Assembly: GCA_049976445.1 (NCBI GenBank)
Contig: JBMFIF010000003.1
Location: 3,629-67,628 of the forward strand
DNA length: 64,000 bases
Source of the DNA: Thermoprotei archaeon
GTDB taxonomy: Archaea > Thermoproteota > Thermoprotei > Gearchaeales > WAQG01
Direction of reading: 5' to 3'
A program made the position numbers and the translations under genes. The notes beneath the pieces were generated by a model that worked only from the letters and a program-made list of their open reading frames with translations, ran no database searches and had not been told where the DNA came from. Below, piece after piece: positions 28,924-39,171 of this stretch; within the stretch, counting starts at the first letter, position 1; each line of letters begins with the position of its first letter.

Positions 28924-30078
28924 TTGTCTGAAGTAAAGGACTTGTATAAAGGGAAGATATTAATACTCTGTGTTGACAGGGATAATGATTTAGGTGTGAA
29001 TACTGGTATAAAAACGCCAGTAATAGGTCGTGAATCAAATTTAAGTGCTGCAACTAATTTTGCTATAGTATCACCTGAGGATTCTGATGTAAATACTATG
29101 TTTTCTGCAATAAAACTTTATGATAGATTGGTCAGAATTTTAGGTAAGGAGAATTGTGAAATTGCCTGTATAACAGGTCTTCCTGAGGAGGGTATTGAAG
29201 CTGACATTAAAATAAGTAAGGAGTTAGACGAGGTATTAAGAGTGTTTAAAGCCGATGGTGTAATATTAGTAAGTGATGGTGTATCTGATGAGAGTGTTGT
29301 ACCAATAATTACATCAAAAGTACCAATAATCTCAGTTTCCAGAGTCATCGTTCAGCAATCTCAAAGTGTAGAAGAGATATACACTATAATTACTAGATAT
29401 ATAAAGAGGTTAACTGAGGATCCTAGTACAAGAAGAATACTATTAGGTGTTCCGAGCATAATAATAATTTTATATAGTATTTTTTATGTGATGGGCTTTG
29501 TTAATTATTTTTGGGTTATAGCAGAATTTATTGTTGGAATTATAGGATTAATTAAAGCTTTTCAAATTGATAAAGCATTATATGAAAGTTGGGAAAATGC
29601 TCATACTATAGTTGTTTCAGCAGCATTAAGTCTTATTCTTATAGTGACTGGGTTTTATATTGGTTTCCTGGGGATAACAACTTATTTATCACATGTAGGG
29701 AATCAAAATATATCAAATACGGTACTAGTTGGGATATTTATCACAGAACGATTAGGCCAACCATTTTCTTCAAGTGATTTGATAATAGCAGGGCTCATAA
29801 TTTTAATGTTAGGAAGATTTATTACAAAATTTATTAAACATGCTCCAGGCATTATGCATGGTGCATGGCATGAAATTGTGAGCATCTCATTTCTAATAAC
29901 ATTGAAATTTGTGATCGATACTTTAGGTGAAATATTAACTCAAAGGACAATATTTCCATCAGAAATACTCATACCACTCATCTTAAATAGAGTTGCATTA
30001 AGTTTCGCAATAACAGTGCTATTAACTATATTGTTTATATCTTATGAACGTGTTCAACGTATTAGAGTTTCATCATAA
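28924..30078 (+). CDS. DUF373 family membrane protein
   Basis: LILCVDRDNDLG, PEDSDVN, LVSDG.SDE, RVIVQQS; C-terminal TM helices. Confidence 0.9.
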   Translation: MSEVKDLYKGKILILCVDRDNDLGVNTGIKTPVIGRESNLSAATNFAIVSPEDSDVNTMFSAIKLYDRLVRILGKENCEIACITGLPEEGIEADIKISKELDEVLRVFKADGVILVSDGVSDESVVPIITSKVPIISVSRVIVQQSQSVEEIYTIITRYIKRLTEDPSTRRILLGVPSIIIILYSIFYVMGFVNYFWVIAEFIVGIIGLIKAFQIDKALYESWENAHTIVVSAALSLILIVTGFYIGFLGITTYLSHVGNQNISNTVLVGIFITERLGQPFSSSDLIIAGLIILMLGRFITKFIKHAPGIMHGAWHEIVSISFLITLKFVIDTLGEILTQRTIFPSEILIPLILNRVALSFAITVLLTILFISYERVQRIRVSS

Positions 30079-30094
30079 TATAATGCATAAAAAG

Positions 30095-30296
30095 TGCTTT
30101 GTTGCATAATTTTGATATATTTTTGATGAGCTTTTCATGTTGAGTATTCTTGTGTGTTGAGAGTTTGATGATGTTTTCTCACAATTTTAAAACACTCCTA
30201 ACTAGCATACATCAAACCACATCAGTAAGCATCATGAGATTGGAGGAAATGTGTGAAACGCTCCATAAAACTACGCACGAATTATGCAACAAAGCA
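30095..30296. mobile_element. 202-bp MITE with 17-bp perfect TIRs and an 8-bp target-site duplication
   Basis: TGCTTTGTTGCATAATT (30095-30111) / AATTATGCAACAAAGCA (30280-30296); flanked by ATAAAAAG at 30087-30094 and 30297-30304. Confidence 0.92.
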
Positions 30297-30312
30297 ATAA
30301 AAAGAAAATTTA

Positions 30313-31413
30313 TTAATATAGATCGCGTGGAAAATGTGAAAGCAGTTGATAACCATTTTTAGTTATTAAAACATCCTCTTCTATACGTATTCCTCCAAAT
30401 CCAGGAATATAAATGCCCGGTTCAATAGTTACAACATTATATTCTTCAATGATATCATCACTTATTGAGTTTAGTGTTGGGTACTCATGTACTGCTAAAC
30501 CAATACCATGTCCAAGTCCATGTGTAAAATATTCACCATAACCTTTCCTTTCTATTATTTGTCTAGCAGCCTTATCAATTTCTGAGACTTTCACATTAGG
30601 TGAAATAGCTTTAAGTGCTTGCTCGATTGCATCATTAATAATTTGATATAATTCTATTTCTTTTTCACCTGGCTTACCAACTATAAATGTTCTTGTTAAA
30701 TCTGCACAATATCCATTCACACGAGCACCTAAATCTACTACAACCAATTCTCCACTTTTTAAAATTTTGTTAGATGATGAACCGTGCGGATATGCTCCTC
30801 TTACTCCTGAAGCTACTATTGGTATAAAGGCTATCCATTCTGCACCATTATTAATCATTTCTGAAATGACCGCGTTCATTATTTCGATCTCTTTAACACC
30901 TTCCATAATCATATCCTTTGCAACGTTTAATGCCTGCTCTGTAATAGTAATTGCTCTTATTATGTTCTCTAATTCCAATAGATCTTTTTTAGATCTTATA
31001 TAAGCTATTGTATTAGATATATCCTTTATATTAATTCCTTCATTACTGGAAAAACGTTGTAACATTATATATGAAAATTTTAATCCTTCAATTCCAAGTC
31101 TTTTTATATTTTTTGTTCTAATATACGATGAAATTTCACTAAAAGCCGAAACATTACGTGATATTTCTACAACATCGCCTAATACTGCCTCATCTCTTGC
31201 CTGATTAATTTCTAATTTTGGGGCAAAAATAACCACACTACCATCATTACCGATAAATGCATAAAGGGAGCGCTCGCTGCTTACCAACTTTAAACCTGTA
31301 AAATATTGAACAGATGCGGGATCTATCAAAAGAGCACCATCAACAGAAGTTTTACTCATCTCGGTTATTAATTTTTCTACTCGCTTTTTATAATAAGCTT
31401 TCATATTCACCAA
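30313..31413 (-). CDS. pepQ: Xaa-Pro peptidase (M24 family)
   Basis: VDLGA...GYCADLTRT, FTHGLGHGIGLAVHEYP, TIEPGIY, GIRIEEDV. Confidence 0.93.
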   Translation of the reverse strand: MVNMKAYYKKRVEKLITEMSKTSVDGALLIDPASVQYFTGLKLVSSERSLYAFIGNDGSVVIFAPKLEINQARDEAVLGDVVEISRNVSAFSEISSYIRTKNIKRLGIEGLKFSYIMLQRFSSNEGINIKDISNTIAYIRSKKDLLELENIIRAITITEQALNVAKDMIMEGVKEIEIMNAVISEMINNGAEWIAFIPIVASGVRGAYPHGSSSNKILKSGELVVVDLGARVNGYCADLTRTFIVGKPGEKEIELYQIINDAIEQALKAISPNVKVSEIDKAARQIIERKGYGEYFTHGLGHGIGLAVHEYPTLNSISDDIIEEYNVVTIEPGIYIPGFGGIRIEEDVLITKNGYQLLSHFPRDLY

Positions 31414-31646
31414 CCAATTTTTAATGCATAAACTCTAACTATTAAATATAACACTAAATTTTGTAGTTTATTCAAAGGAATTATCTTAAATATTTTTGAT
31501 TTCAATAATTTAAATAATTTAAGTTTATCGGTAGTTTTCACTTAAAAACATTAGATGAAGATTCCGTAATGAAGTGTTATGCGATAATCTTCTTTTTGAA
31601 GCATAAAGTTTATATTAATACCTTAAGATTTTAACTAAGAGAATCC

Positions 31647-32039
31647 ATGGGTGTTTGGCATTCAAACGATTTGGTTAAACCAAGTGGTGGAAAAAAGAGC
31701 TCAAGCAGAAAAAGAAGACGCTATGAAGCTGGTAGTCCACCTATTGAAACTATTCTGGGTAAAGAGACAGAACTTATTAAGAGTAGGGGTATGGGCGGAA
31801 ATTATAAATTTAAGCTCAAGGTTGCAGAATCAATAAACGTATCTGATCCAAAAACAGGCAAAACTGTTAAAGAAAAAATAATAGGGTTTGTGAATAATCC
31901 ATCATCAACTGATTACAATCGACGAGGCGTAATAACTAAAGGAACTGTTCTGAAAACTAAGTTAGGACTTGTAAAAGTTACCTCAAGGCCTGGGCAGCAT
32001 GGAATACTAAATGGTATTCTTATTGAGCAGCCTGAGTAA
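31647..32039 (+). CDS. rps8e: 30S ribosomal protein S8e
   Basis: KPSGGK...RKRRRYE.G, RGMGGN.K, VTSRPGQHG. Confidence 0.97.
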   Translation: MGVWHSNDLVKPSGGKKSSSRKRRRYEAGSPPIETILGKETELIKSRGMGGNYKFKLKVAESINVSDPKTGKTVKEKIIGFVNNPSSTDYNRRGVITKGTVLKTKLGLVKVTSRPGQHGILNGILIEQPE

Positions 32040-32040
32040 A

Positions 32041-32349
32041 ATGCCAAAAAGAGATTATATAATATTATGGCCATCGTATTTTGATTTAAGTAAAACAAGA
32101 AGTAATGGTCGTAGATTACCAAGAAGATATTGTGTTGATAAACCAAGCTTAAGCGAACTTGAAGAAGCAATTAAATCACTAAATCTTGAATTTACTGTTG
32201 AAAAAGATCATGCTTATCCTAGATCATGGTGGGAAAGTGGTAGGATTATTATAAAGAAAAATAATTTAAAAAAATCTGAAATATTAAAACTAATCGCATC
32301 AAACTTAATTAAGATACGACAAAAAAGATTGACTGGTAAAAGCTTATAA
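32041..32349 (+). CDS. srp19: Signal recognition particle 19 kDa protein
   Basis: ILWPSYFD..KTRSNGRR, AYPRSWWESGR; ATG at 32041. Confidence 0.95.
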   Translation: MPKRDYIILWPSYFDLSKTRSNGRRLPRRYCVDKPSLSELEEAIKSLNLEFTVEKDHAYPRSWWESGRIIIKKNNLKKSEILKLIASNLIKIRQKRLTGKSL

Positions 32350-32505
32350 TTATTAAAAATTTTAACCCTTATGAATATTTATACAATAAATGATGATTTA
32401 AATGGTATTTTATCAATAGCTGTTTTTGTGAAAATGTTAAGGTTTAATACTCAGTTTTTATATAACTAATAATTAGTGACCTTAAGTTAGCTAGAGGTGT
32501 AATGC

Positions 32506-32763
32506 ATGAAAAAGCTCGGCAGAGTACTACGTATTACAAAGACTGGGCATGTAATAGTTGAACCAGAGGATTCTGATATTCCGCATCAGAGCCTCGAAGT
32601 GTTTGATGATAAACTTAAGGTTGTTGGGAAAATTTATGACATTATTGGACCAGTTAATTCTCCTTTTATATCAATCAAATTAAACCCTAATTATAGAAAT
32701 CCTGAGAAAATTATAGATAAGTATGTATATGTAATTTCATTACCATCGAGGAGATCAAAATGA
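32506..32763 (+). CDS. gar1: H/ACA RNP protein Gar1/Naf1
   Basis: VGKIYDIIGPVNSPFISIK. Confidence 0.92.
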   Translation: MKKLGRVLRITKTGHVIVEPEDSDIPHQSLEVFDDKLKVVGKIYDIIGPVNSPFISIKLNPNYRNPEKIIDKYVYVISLPSRRSK

Positions 32764-33680
32764 TCACTTCACAAGATAAATGTACAGTTTGTGGTAGCAG
32801 AAATATAATACGGGATGAGAGAGGACAGTTAATATGCCGTGATTGCGGAACTGTAATAGATTCAAGAATCACAGTATCAAACTATAGGATAACTGAGAGT
32901 CAGCTAAGCGGTGAGGGTCAGGGTCCACCTAGAAATATAATGTATCCACCATCGATTTCTGGTACTCTTATTAGTTTAGATAATAGGTATATTGAAAATA
33001 GAAGAGTTTCTTTAAAAGAAAAGCGAGGTCTTCAAAGACTTCGTAGACTGCAATCAAAAATGCAATTGATGAGAAGGCATGAAAGACATTTATCAAGAAT
33101 TCTAAGCGAGATACAAACAATTGTAAATCAATTAAAACTTCCACATCAAGTTGAGGAAAATGCATCATACATTTATCGTGAGTATATGAAAAAGAAGGGT
33201 ACATCAAAAAGTAGAAGTATACGTGGTGCAGCAGCAGCAGCGGTTTTTATGGCATCTCGATTAACTGAGAACCCGGTTACTATAGAAGAATTGTCAAAAA
33301 ACATTCACGTATCTAAACGTGATATTAATAAATGTTATAAAATCTTACGATATGCTATTTCTGAACTTAAGCCTGATCTTGTTAAGAAACTTCATGGTTC
33401 TCCAGAGCATTTTGTTGCTCAAATAGTTTCTCGTCTTAATTTACCTATTGAAGTTCAAGCTAAAGCAAAGGAAATTCTCAAAAACGCAAGTAAAATAGGT
33501 ATAATGTCCGGTAAAGAACCTCAAGGATTAGCTGCGGCTGCAGTATACATAGCTAGTATACTGACAAATAACAAAAGGACACAACGTGAAATAGCTGAGG
33601 CTGCTCGTATCACAGAAGTCACTATTAGAAATCGTTATAAAGAACTTATGAGTGCATTAGATATAAAGTATTCAATGTAA
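32760..33680 (+). CDS. tfb: Transcription initiation factor IIB
   Basis: CTVC...CRDCG zinc ribbon; GKEPQGLAAAAVYIAS, RTQREIAEAARITEVTIRNRYKEL. Confidence 0.95.
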   Translation: MITSQDKCTVCGSRNIIRDERGQLICRDCGTVIDSRITVSNYRITESQLSGEGQGPPRNIMYPPSISGTLISLDNRYIENRRVSLKEKRGLQRLRRLQSKMQLMRRHERHLSRILSEIQTIVNQLKLPHQVEENASYIYREYMKKKGTSKSRSIRGAAAAAVFMASRLTENPVTIEELSKNIHVSKRDINKCYKILRYAISELKPDLVKKLHGSPEHFVAQIVSRLNLPIEVQAKAKEILKNASKIGIMSGKEPQGLAAAAVYIASILTNNKRTQREIAEAARITEVTIRNRYKELMSALDIKYSM

Positions 33681-33690
33681 GGTGAGGGTT

Positions 33691-34098
33691 ATGAGCGAGA
33701 AAAAAGTACCAAGTATTGAAGAACTGGTGGAAAAAGCTATGGAACTAATAAAAAGTTCAGAGAACGGTACAATGGTTCAAAGTGAATTGTGGAAACGATT
33801 AGGAATTGATAGCAAACGTGGTTCACGACTTGTTCAACGCCTTCTACTTGAAAATAGGATAGCAAGAACTAGCATTGTAATAAAAGGTCATAAGACGTTC
33901 GTTTTAACACCTGTAAAAAGAGAGGTACGGATAGTACCATTTGATATTTTGGCAAGTGTACCATGTTTTACTTGTCCAGAATTAAGCAGGTGTGGTCAAG
34001 GTTATTTTGTAAATCCCTTTGACTGCCTTCTTATTGGAGGATGGCTTGATAAATCAGCCAAAGAGCAGCAAAAAGAAATAAAAGAACACCAAGGTTAA
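33691..34098 (+). CDS. Rpc34-like winged-helix/Fe-S protein (TFE beta)
   Basis: QSELWKRLG wHTH plus PCFTCPELSRC....NPFDC...W cysteine cluster. Confidence 0.85.
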   Translation: MSEKKVPSIEELVEKAMELIKSSENGTMVQSELWKRLGIDSKRGSRLVQRLLLENRIARTSIVIKGHKTFVLTPVKREVRIVPFDILASVPCFTCPELSRCGQGYFVNPFDCLLIGGWLDKSAKEQQKEIKEHQG

Positions 34099-34103
34099 AG
34101 GCG

Positions 34104-34718
34104 ATGAAAAAAGAACGAAAAGATGGTTATTATTGGATGGCAAAACGTGAAGGTTTTAGATCTAGAGCAGCATATAAATTATTACAGATAAATAGACGCT
34201 TTCATGTTATGAAGCCAGGAGATAAAGTAATCGATCTTGGTGCTGCGCCAGGAGGATGGACTCAGGTTGCTAGATTAATTGTAGGTGAATCTGGGTTTAT
34301 TCTATCAATAGATATTAATGATTTTGAACCATTACCTTATGAAAATGTAAAGATCTTAAACTTGGATATAACTGATGAAAATGCATCTGAACAAATACTT
34401 AAAAGACTTAAGGATAAAGCAGATGTAGTCCTATGCGATGCCGCACCTAAAGTTTCTGGAATCTGGGATCTTGATCATCAACGACAATTAAGATTAGTTG
34501 AAGCTGCCTTACGGATTGCATATAATGTACTTAAGAGTAATGGAAATTTTGTAACAAAAATTTTTGAAGGCGCTGAGTCAAAACAAATTGTTAATAAGGC
34601 AAAGGAACTTTTTAAGCAGGTATATCTTCATAGACCACCTGCAACAAGATCAAGCAGTTCTGAAATATATTTAATTTGCAAAGGATTTTTAGGAAAAATT
34701 AAGGAGAAACAAGTATAA
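34104..34718 (+). CDS. rlmE: 23S rRNA 2'-O-methyltransferase RlmE/FtsJ
   Basis: FRSRAAYKL, DLGAAPGGW, DAAP, ATRSSSSEIY. Confidence 0.96.
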   Translation: MKKERKDGYYWMAKREGFRSRAAYKLLQINRRFHVMKPGDKVIDLGAAPGGWTQVARLIVGESGFILSIDINDFEPLPYENVKILNLDITDENASEQILKRLKDKADVVLCDAAPKVSGIWDLDHQRQLRLVEAALRIAYNVLKSNGNFVTKIFEGAESKQIVNKAKELFKQVYLHRPPATRSSSSEIYLICKGFLGKIKEKQV

Positions 34719-34864
34719 TTTGCCTTTAAAAAGTGATATTTTTCTTAACATTCTTGAAAAATGATTTTATCACAAACTTGCTACTAGAAATTCATACGAT
34801 TCCCCTGCCGCTGAAGGTCAAAGCTTTCATTTTTTATGACTTACATTTCTGTACAATTAATAAG

Positions 34865-36001
34865 TTACATTTTTTTAATGATTTCTAACAATTTTAAAAA
34901 TGGAGCGTCAGTTTTTATGCCTTTTGGGTGAAAGTGTGTACGTGATGCTTTAAATCCATTTTCAGTAAGCTGTTTTATTACCGATTCTATTGAAATTGAT
35001 GAAATTTTATGTTTTTCTGACATGGAATCTAATTGATAATACGTTGGTGGCATATCAGCTTCATTAGCTAATGTGTTAACAAGTCTTCCTTCGTATGAGG
35101 ATAATTTATAATCTGATTTGTTAATTATTTCTGCAACATTTTTAATGAAATTTGCGTTACCTAGTGGTCCAAGCCACAAAATACCTGCATATTCTAATTG
35201 AGAACCACAATGAGGGCAAATTGAAGGAAGAGTTGGTATAATTCCTTTTTTAGGATTTCTCCATAAACAATTGCGGCAATATGATATATAGCCTAAATTT
35301 GAAAGGCTTTCATCTAGAATATGTGTTTTCATATGTAATCTTATAAATATTCTTATATAATGGCGTGTTACATGACTTAAAAGTGGTTCTATACCAAAGC
35401 CATAAATTGCTGATATTCTAGCAAGGTAACCAAGTATAATACGTACTGCTGTTTCATGACAAAATTCATTCTTGAGCGGTATTGATTGATATCTTCTTAG
35501 ACATGATTTACCATGAACACCACATAGAGGTGCTACATCAGTATGCGATATTCCTAATAATCCACCATTTCTAATCGCTTTTATTGCAGCATGAATGAAT
35601 CTTATTGGAGAACCAAAAGGATCTAAATCTATTACATCGAATCTTTTACCCTTTACACTATAATTCGATAGTAAAATGCTGGCATCAGTATTAAAAATCT
35701 CTACTTTATCTTCAACACGTAATCTTTTAACATTTTCCTTAATGTTTAAGTATGCGTCTTTAGATATATCATTTAGACATAATTTATCTACACCATTAGT
35801 CTCTATTAAATATCTTAATCCTCTAATACCTGTTGCAGCAAGAGGTTCGCATATCTTTAATTTTTTACCAATCAAGTTATAATATGCCTCAATAACACTT
35901 ACCGATATGTCTCTTGATAATTCCATAAACTTATTATAAAATACTCCAGGAAATACTACTATGTTTACTTTACCTTCATTTACTATGTTATACTCACTCA
36001 T
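34865..36001 (-). CDS. trm1: tRNA (guanine(26)-N2)-dimethyltransferase
   Basis: VFYN..M..SRD, ATGIRGLRY, IDLDPFGSP, SRTHF. Confidence 0.96.
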   Translation of the reverse strand: MSEYNIVNEGKVNIVVFPGVFYNKFMELSRDISVSVIEAYYNLIGKKLKICEPLAATGIRGLRYLIETNGVDKLCLNDISKDAYLNIKENVKRLRVEDKVEIFNTDASILLSNYSVKGKRFDVIDLDPFGSPIRFIHAAIKAIRNGGLLGISHTDVAPLCGVHGKSCLRRYQSIPLKNEFCHETAVRIILGYLARISAIYGFGIEPLLSHVTRHYIRIFIRLHMKTHILDESLSNLGYISYCRNCLWRNPKKGIIPTLPSICPHCGSQLEYAGILWLGPLGNANFIKNVAEIINKSDYKLSSYEGRLVNTLANEADMPPTYYQLDSMSEKHKISSISIESVIKQLTENGFKASRTHFHPKGIKTDAPFLKLLEIIKKM

Positions 36002-36203
36002 GCCAATCTTTAATAGCTACAGTTTTTAAAATAACTAACGCTCAAAATATTTCCCTAAAGACTGCAACTAGTACTGTATGGTATCTTCTAAAACTTTTAT
36101 ATTTTTAGAAGAAAGAGTGTTATTTCATCAGAAATAGTATCCGTTTAATCCTAGACCTTGGTCTTGTACTTAAATCTTAATATAGTCCTCTTTTAATATT
36201 TAT

Positions 36204-36752
36204 GTGGGAATGTACTATTTTCTTACTGGAACTCCTGGGGTTGGGAAGACCACGGCCATAGTAAAAATAATAAACCTATTAAAAGAACAAAACATCAAAG
36301 TAGGAGGATTTATAACAAAAGAATTGCGAAGTGGTTTTATTCGTATTGGATTTGAAGTAGAAGATGTTATGAGTGGTAATAAAGGAATTTTAGCAATCTC
36401 TACTGAAAGTGGTGAACCTCGTATAGGAAAATATCATGTTAGAATAAAGGAATTTGAGGATATAAGTATAAGAGCAATAGAAAATGCTATGTTGAATGCG
36501 GATGTAATAGTATGTGACGAGATAGGTCCTATGGAATTATTGTCAAATAAGTTCGTTAAACTTATTGAACAAGTGTTAGAAACAGATAAAAATGTTATTG
36601 GTACTGTACATTGGAAAGCAAACCATCCATTGATTAAAAAAATTCGGAATATTGGTAAAATAATAGAAATTACATATTATAATAGGAATGAAATACCTAA
36701 TATTATAGTAAAAGAAGTAATTAACAATATGCGGGGTGTAAAAAATGAATGA
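36204..36752 (+). CDS. Nucleoside-triphosphatase (THEP1 family)
   Basis: TGTPGVGKTT, GGFIT.E.R, IGKY, DEIGPMEL. Confidence 0.93.
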   Translation: MGMYYFLTGTPGVGKTTAIVKIINLLKEQNIKVGGFITKELRSGFIRIGFEVEDVMSGNKGILAISTESGEPRIGKYHVRIKEFEDISIRAIENAMLNADVIVCDEIGPMELLSNKFVKLIEQVLETDKNVIGTVHWKANHPLIKKIRNIGKIIEITYYNRNEIPNIIVKEVINNMRGVKNE

Positions 36753-38262
36753 TCTAATAGCTAAGATTCTCGATATACATGGTGTTGGCTATAAAATCTG
36801 TGTGCTTCATTCAAAAAATGCAGCAGATATGGATCTTAAACCACGAGATCGTATTACGTTAAATTATGGTGGTATGGGAACAAATTTCATTCTTGATATC
36901 ACAGATACCATAGTGAAACCTGGTGAAGTTGGTATACCAAGAGAAATTGCATACAATCTTGGCATAGTAGATGGGGCTCTTGTTAAAATATCACCTTCAT
37001 CACCACCTGTTTCTATAAGTTATATAAAGAAAAAGATGCAAGGAGCTGCATTATCAAAAGATGAAATAGAGAGCATAGTAAGGGACTCAGTAAATTATGA
37101 ATTAACGGAATTGGAGATTGCTGCATTTCTTATGGCTGAGCAATTTGTTGGTATGAATCTTGATGAGATTGTTTATTTAACAGAAGCAATGGTTAATACA
37201 GGAGAAAGAATACACTTTGATGAACCGGTTTATGATGTTCACAGTGTTGGTGGGGTTCCAGGAAATTCTAAGGCATCGATACTAATAGTTCCAATTGTTG
37301 CGTCTGCAGGTATACTAATTCCGAAGACGAGTAGTAGAGCGATAACTTCCCCTGCAGGAACTGCTGATACCATGGAAGTTTTAGCAAGAGTTGATTTGAC
37401 CCCACGTGAGGTCAAAGAGGTAGCACTAAAGACTCGTGGAGTACTAGTTTGGGGTGGGCGATTAAATCTAGCACCAGCGGATGATATTTATGTAAGGATA
37501 GAGCATATTCTAGGTATAGATCCAGAACCTCAGATGGTTGCAAGTATATTATCTAAAAAATTAGCTATGGATGCTAAGTTTGTACTTATAGACTTGCCAG
37601 TAGGTCCTAAGGCAAAGGTCGAAAGTATGGATGATGCAAAAAGGCTCGCTCGTTTATTATCTGACGTTGCTGAGCGTCTTAACATGAATGTAAAATGCGC
37701 AATAACGTATGGAGGACAACCATTAGGATATACTGTAGGACCTGCATTAGAGGCACGTGAAGCGCTTGAGGCATTAGAAGGTAAAGGATCTATGAGTTTG
37801 GTTGAGAAAGCCCTTTCATTAGCTGGCCTTATAATAGAAGCTGCTAACATTGTTCCAAAAGGTTCAGGTTATAATACGGCAAAAGATATTTTAACCTCTG
37901 GTAAAGCGTTAAAAAAGCTTAGAGAAATTATCAGTGCCCAGGGTGGTAATCCAAACATAAGACCCGATGAGATACCTATAGGTGATAAAACAATTAGTCT
38001 TTATGCTCCAATTGATGGGTATGTTACTGGCATTGATAATTCAGCAATTACTGCTATTGCAAGAGCTGCAGGGGCGCCATCCGATAAAGGTGCAGGTGTA
38101 AGATTATATTATAAGGCCGGGTACAAGGTTAAGAAGGGTGAGCCTATATTAACAATACATGCAGAGAATAATATAAAGTTGAACAATGCATACATGCTAG
38201 CTCAACGTTTAAGACCAATAATCATTGAAGGCATGCTATTAGGAACATTTCCAGAGGAGTGA
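36745..38262 (+). CDS. deoA: AMP phosphorylase (thymidine phosphorylase family)
   Basis: HSVGGVPGN, PKTSSRAITSPAGTADTMEV, LAPADD, GPALEA, AGAP.DKGAG. Confidence 0.93.
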   Translation: MNDLIAKILDIHGVGYKICVLHSKNAADMDLKPRDRITLNYGGMGTNFILDITDTIVKPGEVGIPREIAYNLGIVDGALVKISPSSPPVSISYIKKKMQGAALSKDEIESIVRDSVNYELTELEIAAFLMAEQFVGMNLDEIVYLTEAMVNTGERIHFDEPVYDVHSVGGVPGNSKASILIVPIVASAGILIPKTSSRAITSPAGTADTMEVLARVDLTPREVKEVALKTRGVLVWGGRLNLAPADDIYVRIEHILGIDPEPQMVASILSKKLAMDAKFVLIDLPVGPKAKVESMDDAKRLARLLSDVAERLNMNVKCAITYGGQPLGYTVGPALEAREALEALEGKGSMSLVEKALSLAGLIIEAANIVPKGSGYNTAKDILTSGKALKKLREIISAQGGNPNIRPDEIPIGDKTISLYAPIDGYVTGIDNSAITAIARAAGAPSDKGAGVRLYYKAGYKVKKGEPILTIHAENNIKLNNAYMLAQRLRPIIIEGMLLGTFPEE

Positions 38263-38268
38263 AAATAT

Positions 38269-38910
38269 TTGCTAATAGGAGGAGTAGATGAAGCTGGTCG
38301 TGGTCCTGTTTTAGGACCAATGATTATTGCTTTAGTTATTTCTGATAAAAATACTTTAGAAAAATTTCGAAATTACGGTGTTAAGGATTCTAAGAAATTA
38401 AGCCCATCTAGAAGAAAGGAATTATATACTATAATAAAAAATGAGGCAAGATATGTTCTCTCGCTAAGAATTGAACCTAATGAAATAGACGATGCTGTAC
38501 TAAATGGGCATAAACTTGCTGTTCTTGAGGCTAAAAAAATTGCACAACTTATTAATATGGTTAATGAGGCCGATATTATATATATTGATGCAGCTCACAG
38601 TAATGCTGATTATTTCTCTCATTTGATACAAGTTGATTTAATTAAAAAATTAAGAATAGTATGCGAACATAATGCTGATGAACATTATATATCAGTTGGG
38701 GCGGCATCTATAATAGCTAAGACAGAACGAGATGAAATTATAGAAAATTTAAAACAAATTTATGGTGATTTTGGATCCGGATATCCATCAGATCCGAGAA
38801 CAATTAATTTTCTTAAACAATGGATACAGATTCACAATGATTTGCCTCCATTTGCTAGAAAAAGTTGGATAACTGTTAAAAGATTAATGCAAACAAGTTT
38901 AGATGTATAA
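38269..38910 (+). CDS. rnhB: Ribonuclease HII
   Basis: GVDEAGRGPVLGP, DSKKL, AASIIAK, GSGYPSDP; C-terminal PIP-like QTSL. Confidence 0.97.
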   Translation: MLIGGVDEAGRGPVLGPMIIALVISDKNTLEKFRNYGVKDSKKLSPSRRKELYTIIKNEARYVLSLRIEPNEIDDAVLNGHKLAVLEAKKIAQLINMVNEADIIYIDAAHSNADYFSHLIQVDLIKKLRIVCEHNADEHYISVGAASIIAKTERDEIIENLKQIYGDFGSGYPSDPRTINFLKQWIQIHNDLPPFARKSWITVKRLMQTSLDV

Positions 38911-39016
38911 TGAAATGTCAACGATTGTTTTACGATAATAAATGAATTATTCTACAAACTAACATAATTACAATACAGTTTTATTAACCGTTGAAAAAGT
39001 ATTTTTGGGATTAGAA

Positions 39017-39127
39017 ATGGGCATGGAGATTTTTCAGATAATTTTGATGGCGTTTTCGGTCATCTACATACTAAAAGAACTAGTATCTAACCATAACCGT
39101 AAGAAAGATAACGATAACATTGTTTGA
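39017..39127 (+). CDS. Possible 36-aa single-pass membrane peptide (not in ORF track)
   Basis: MGMEIFQIILMAFSVIYILKELVSNHNRKKDNDNIV: hydrophobic helix then charged tail. Confidence 0.3.
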   Translation: MGMEIFQIILMAFSVIYILKELVSNHNRKKDNDNIV

Positions 39128-39171
39128 AAATGTCCCAAATTTTTTTATATTAGATAATTATTTAAAAAATA

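Noticed and set aside
30150..30362. 70-aa ORF
   Set aside because: Starts inside the MITE and runs antisense into pepQ; no transposase motifs
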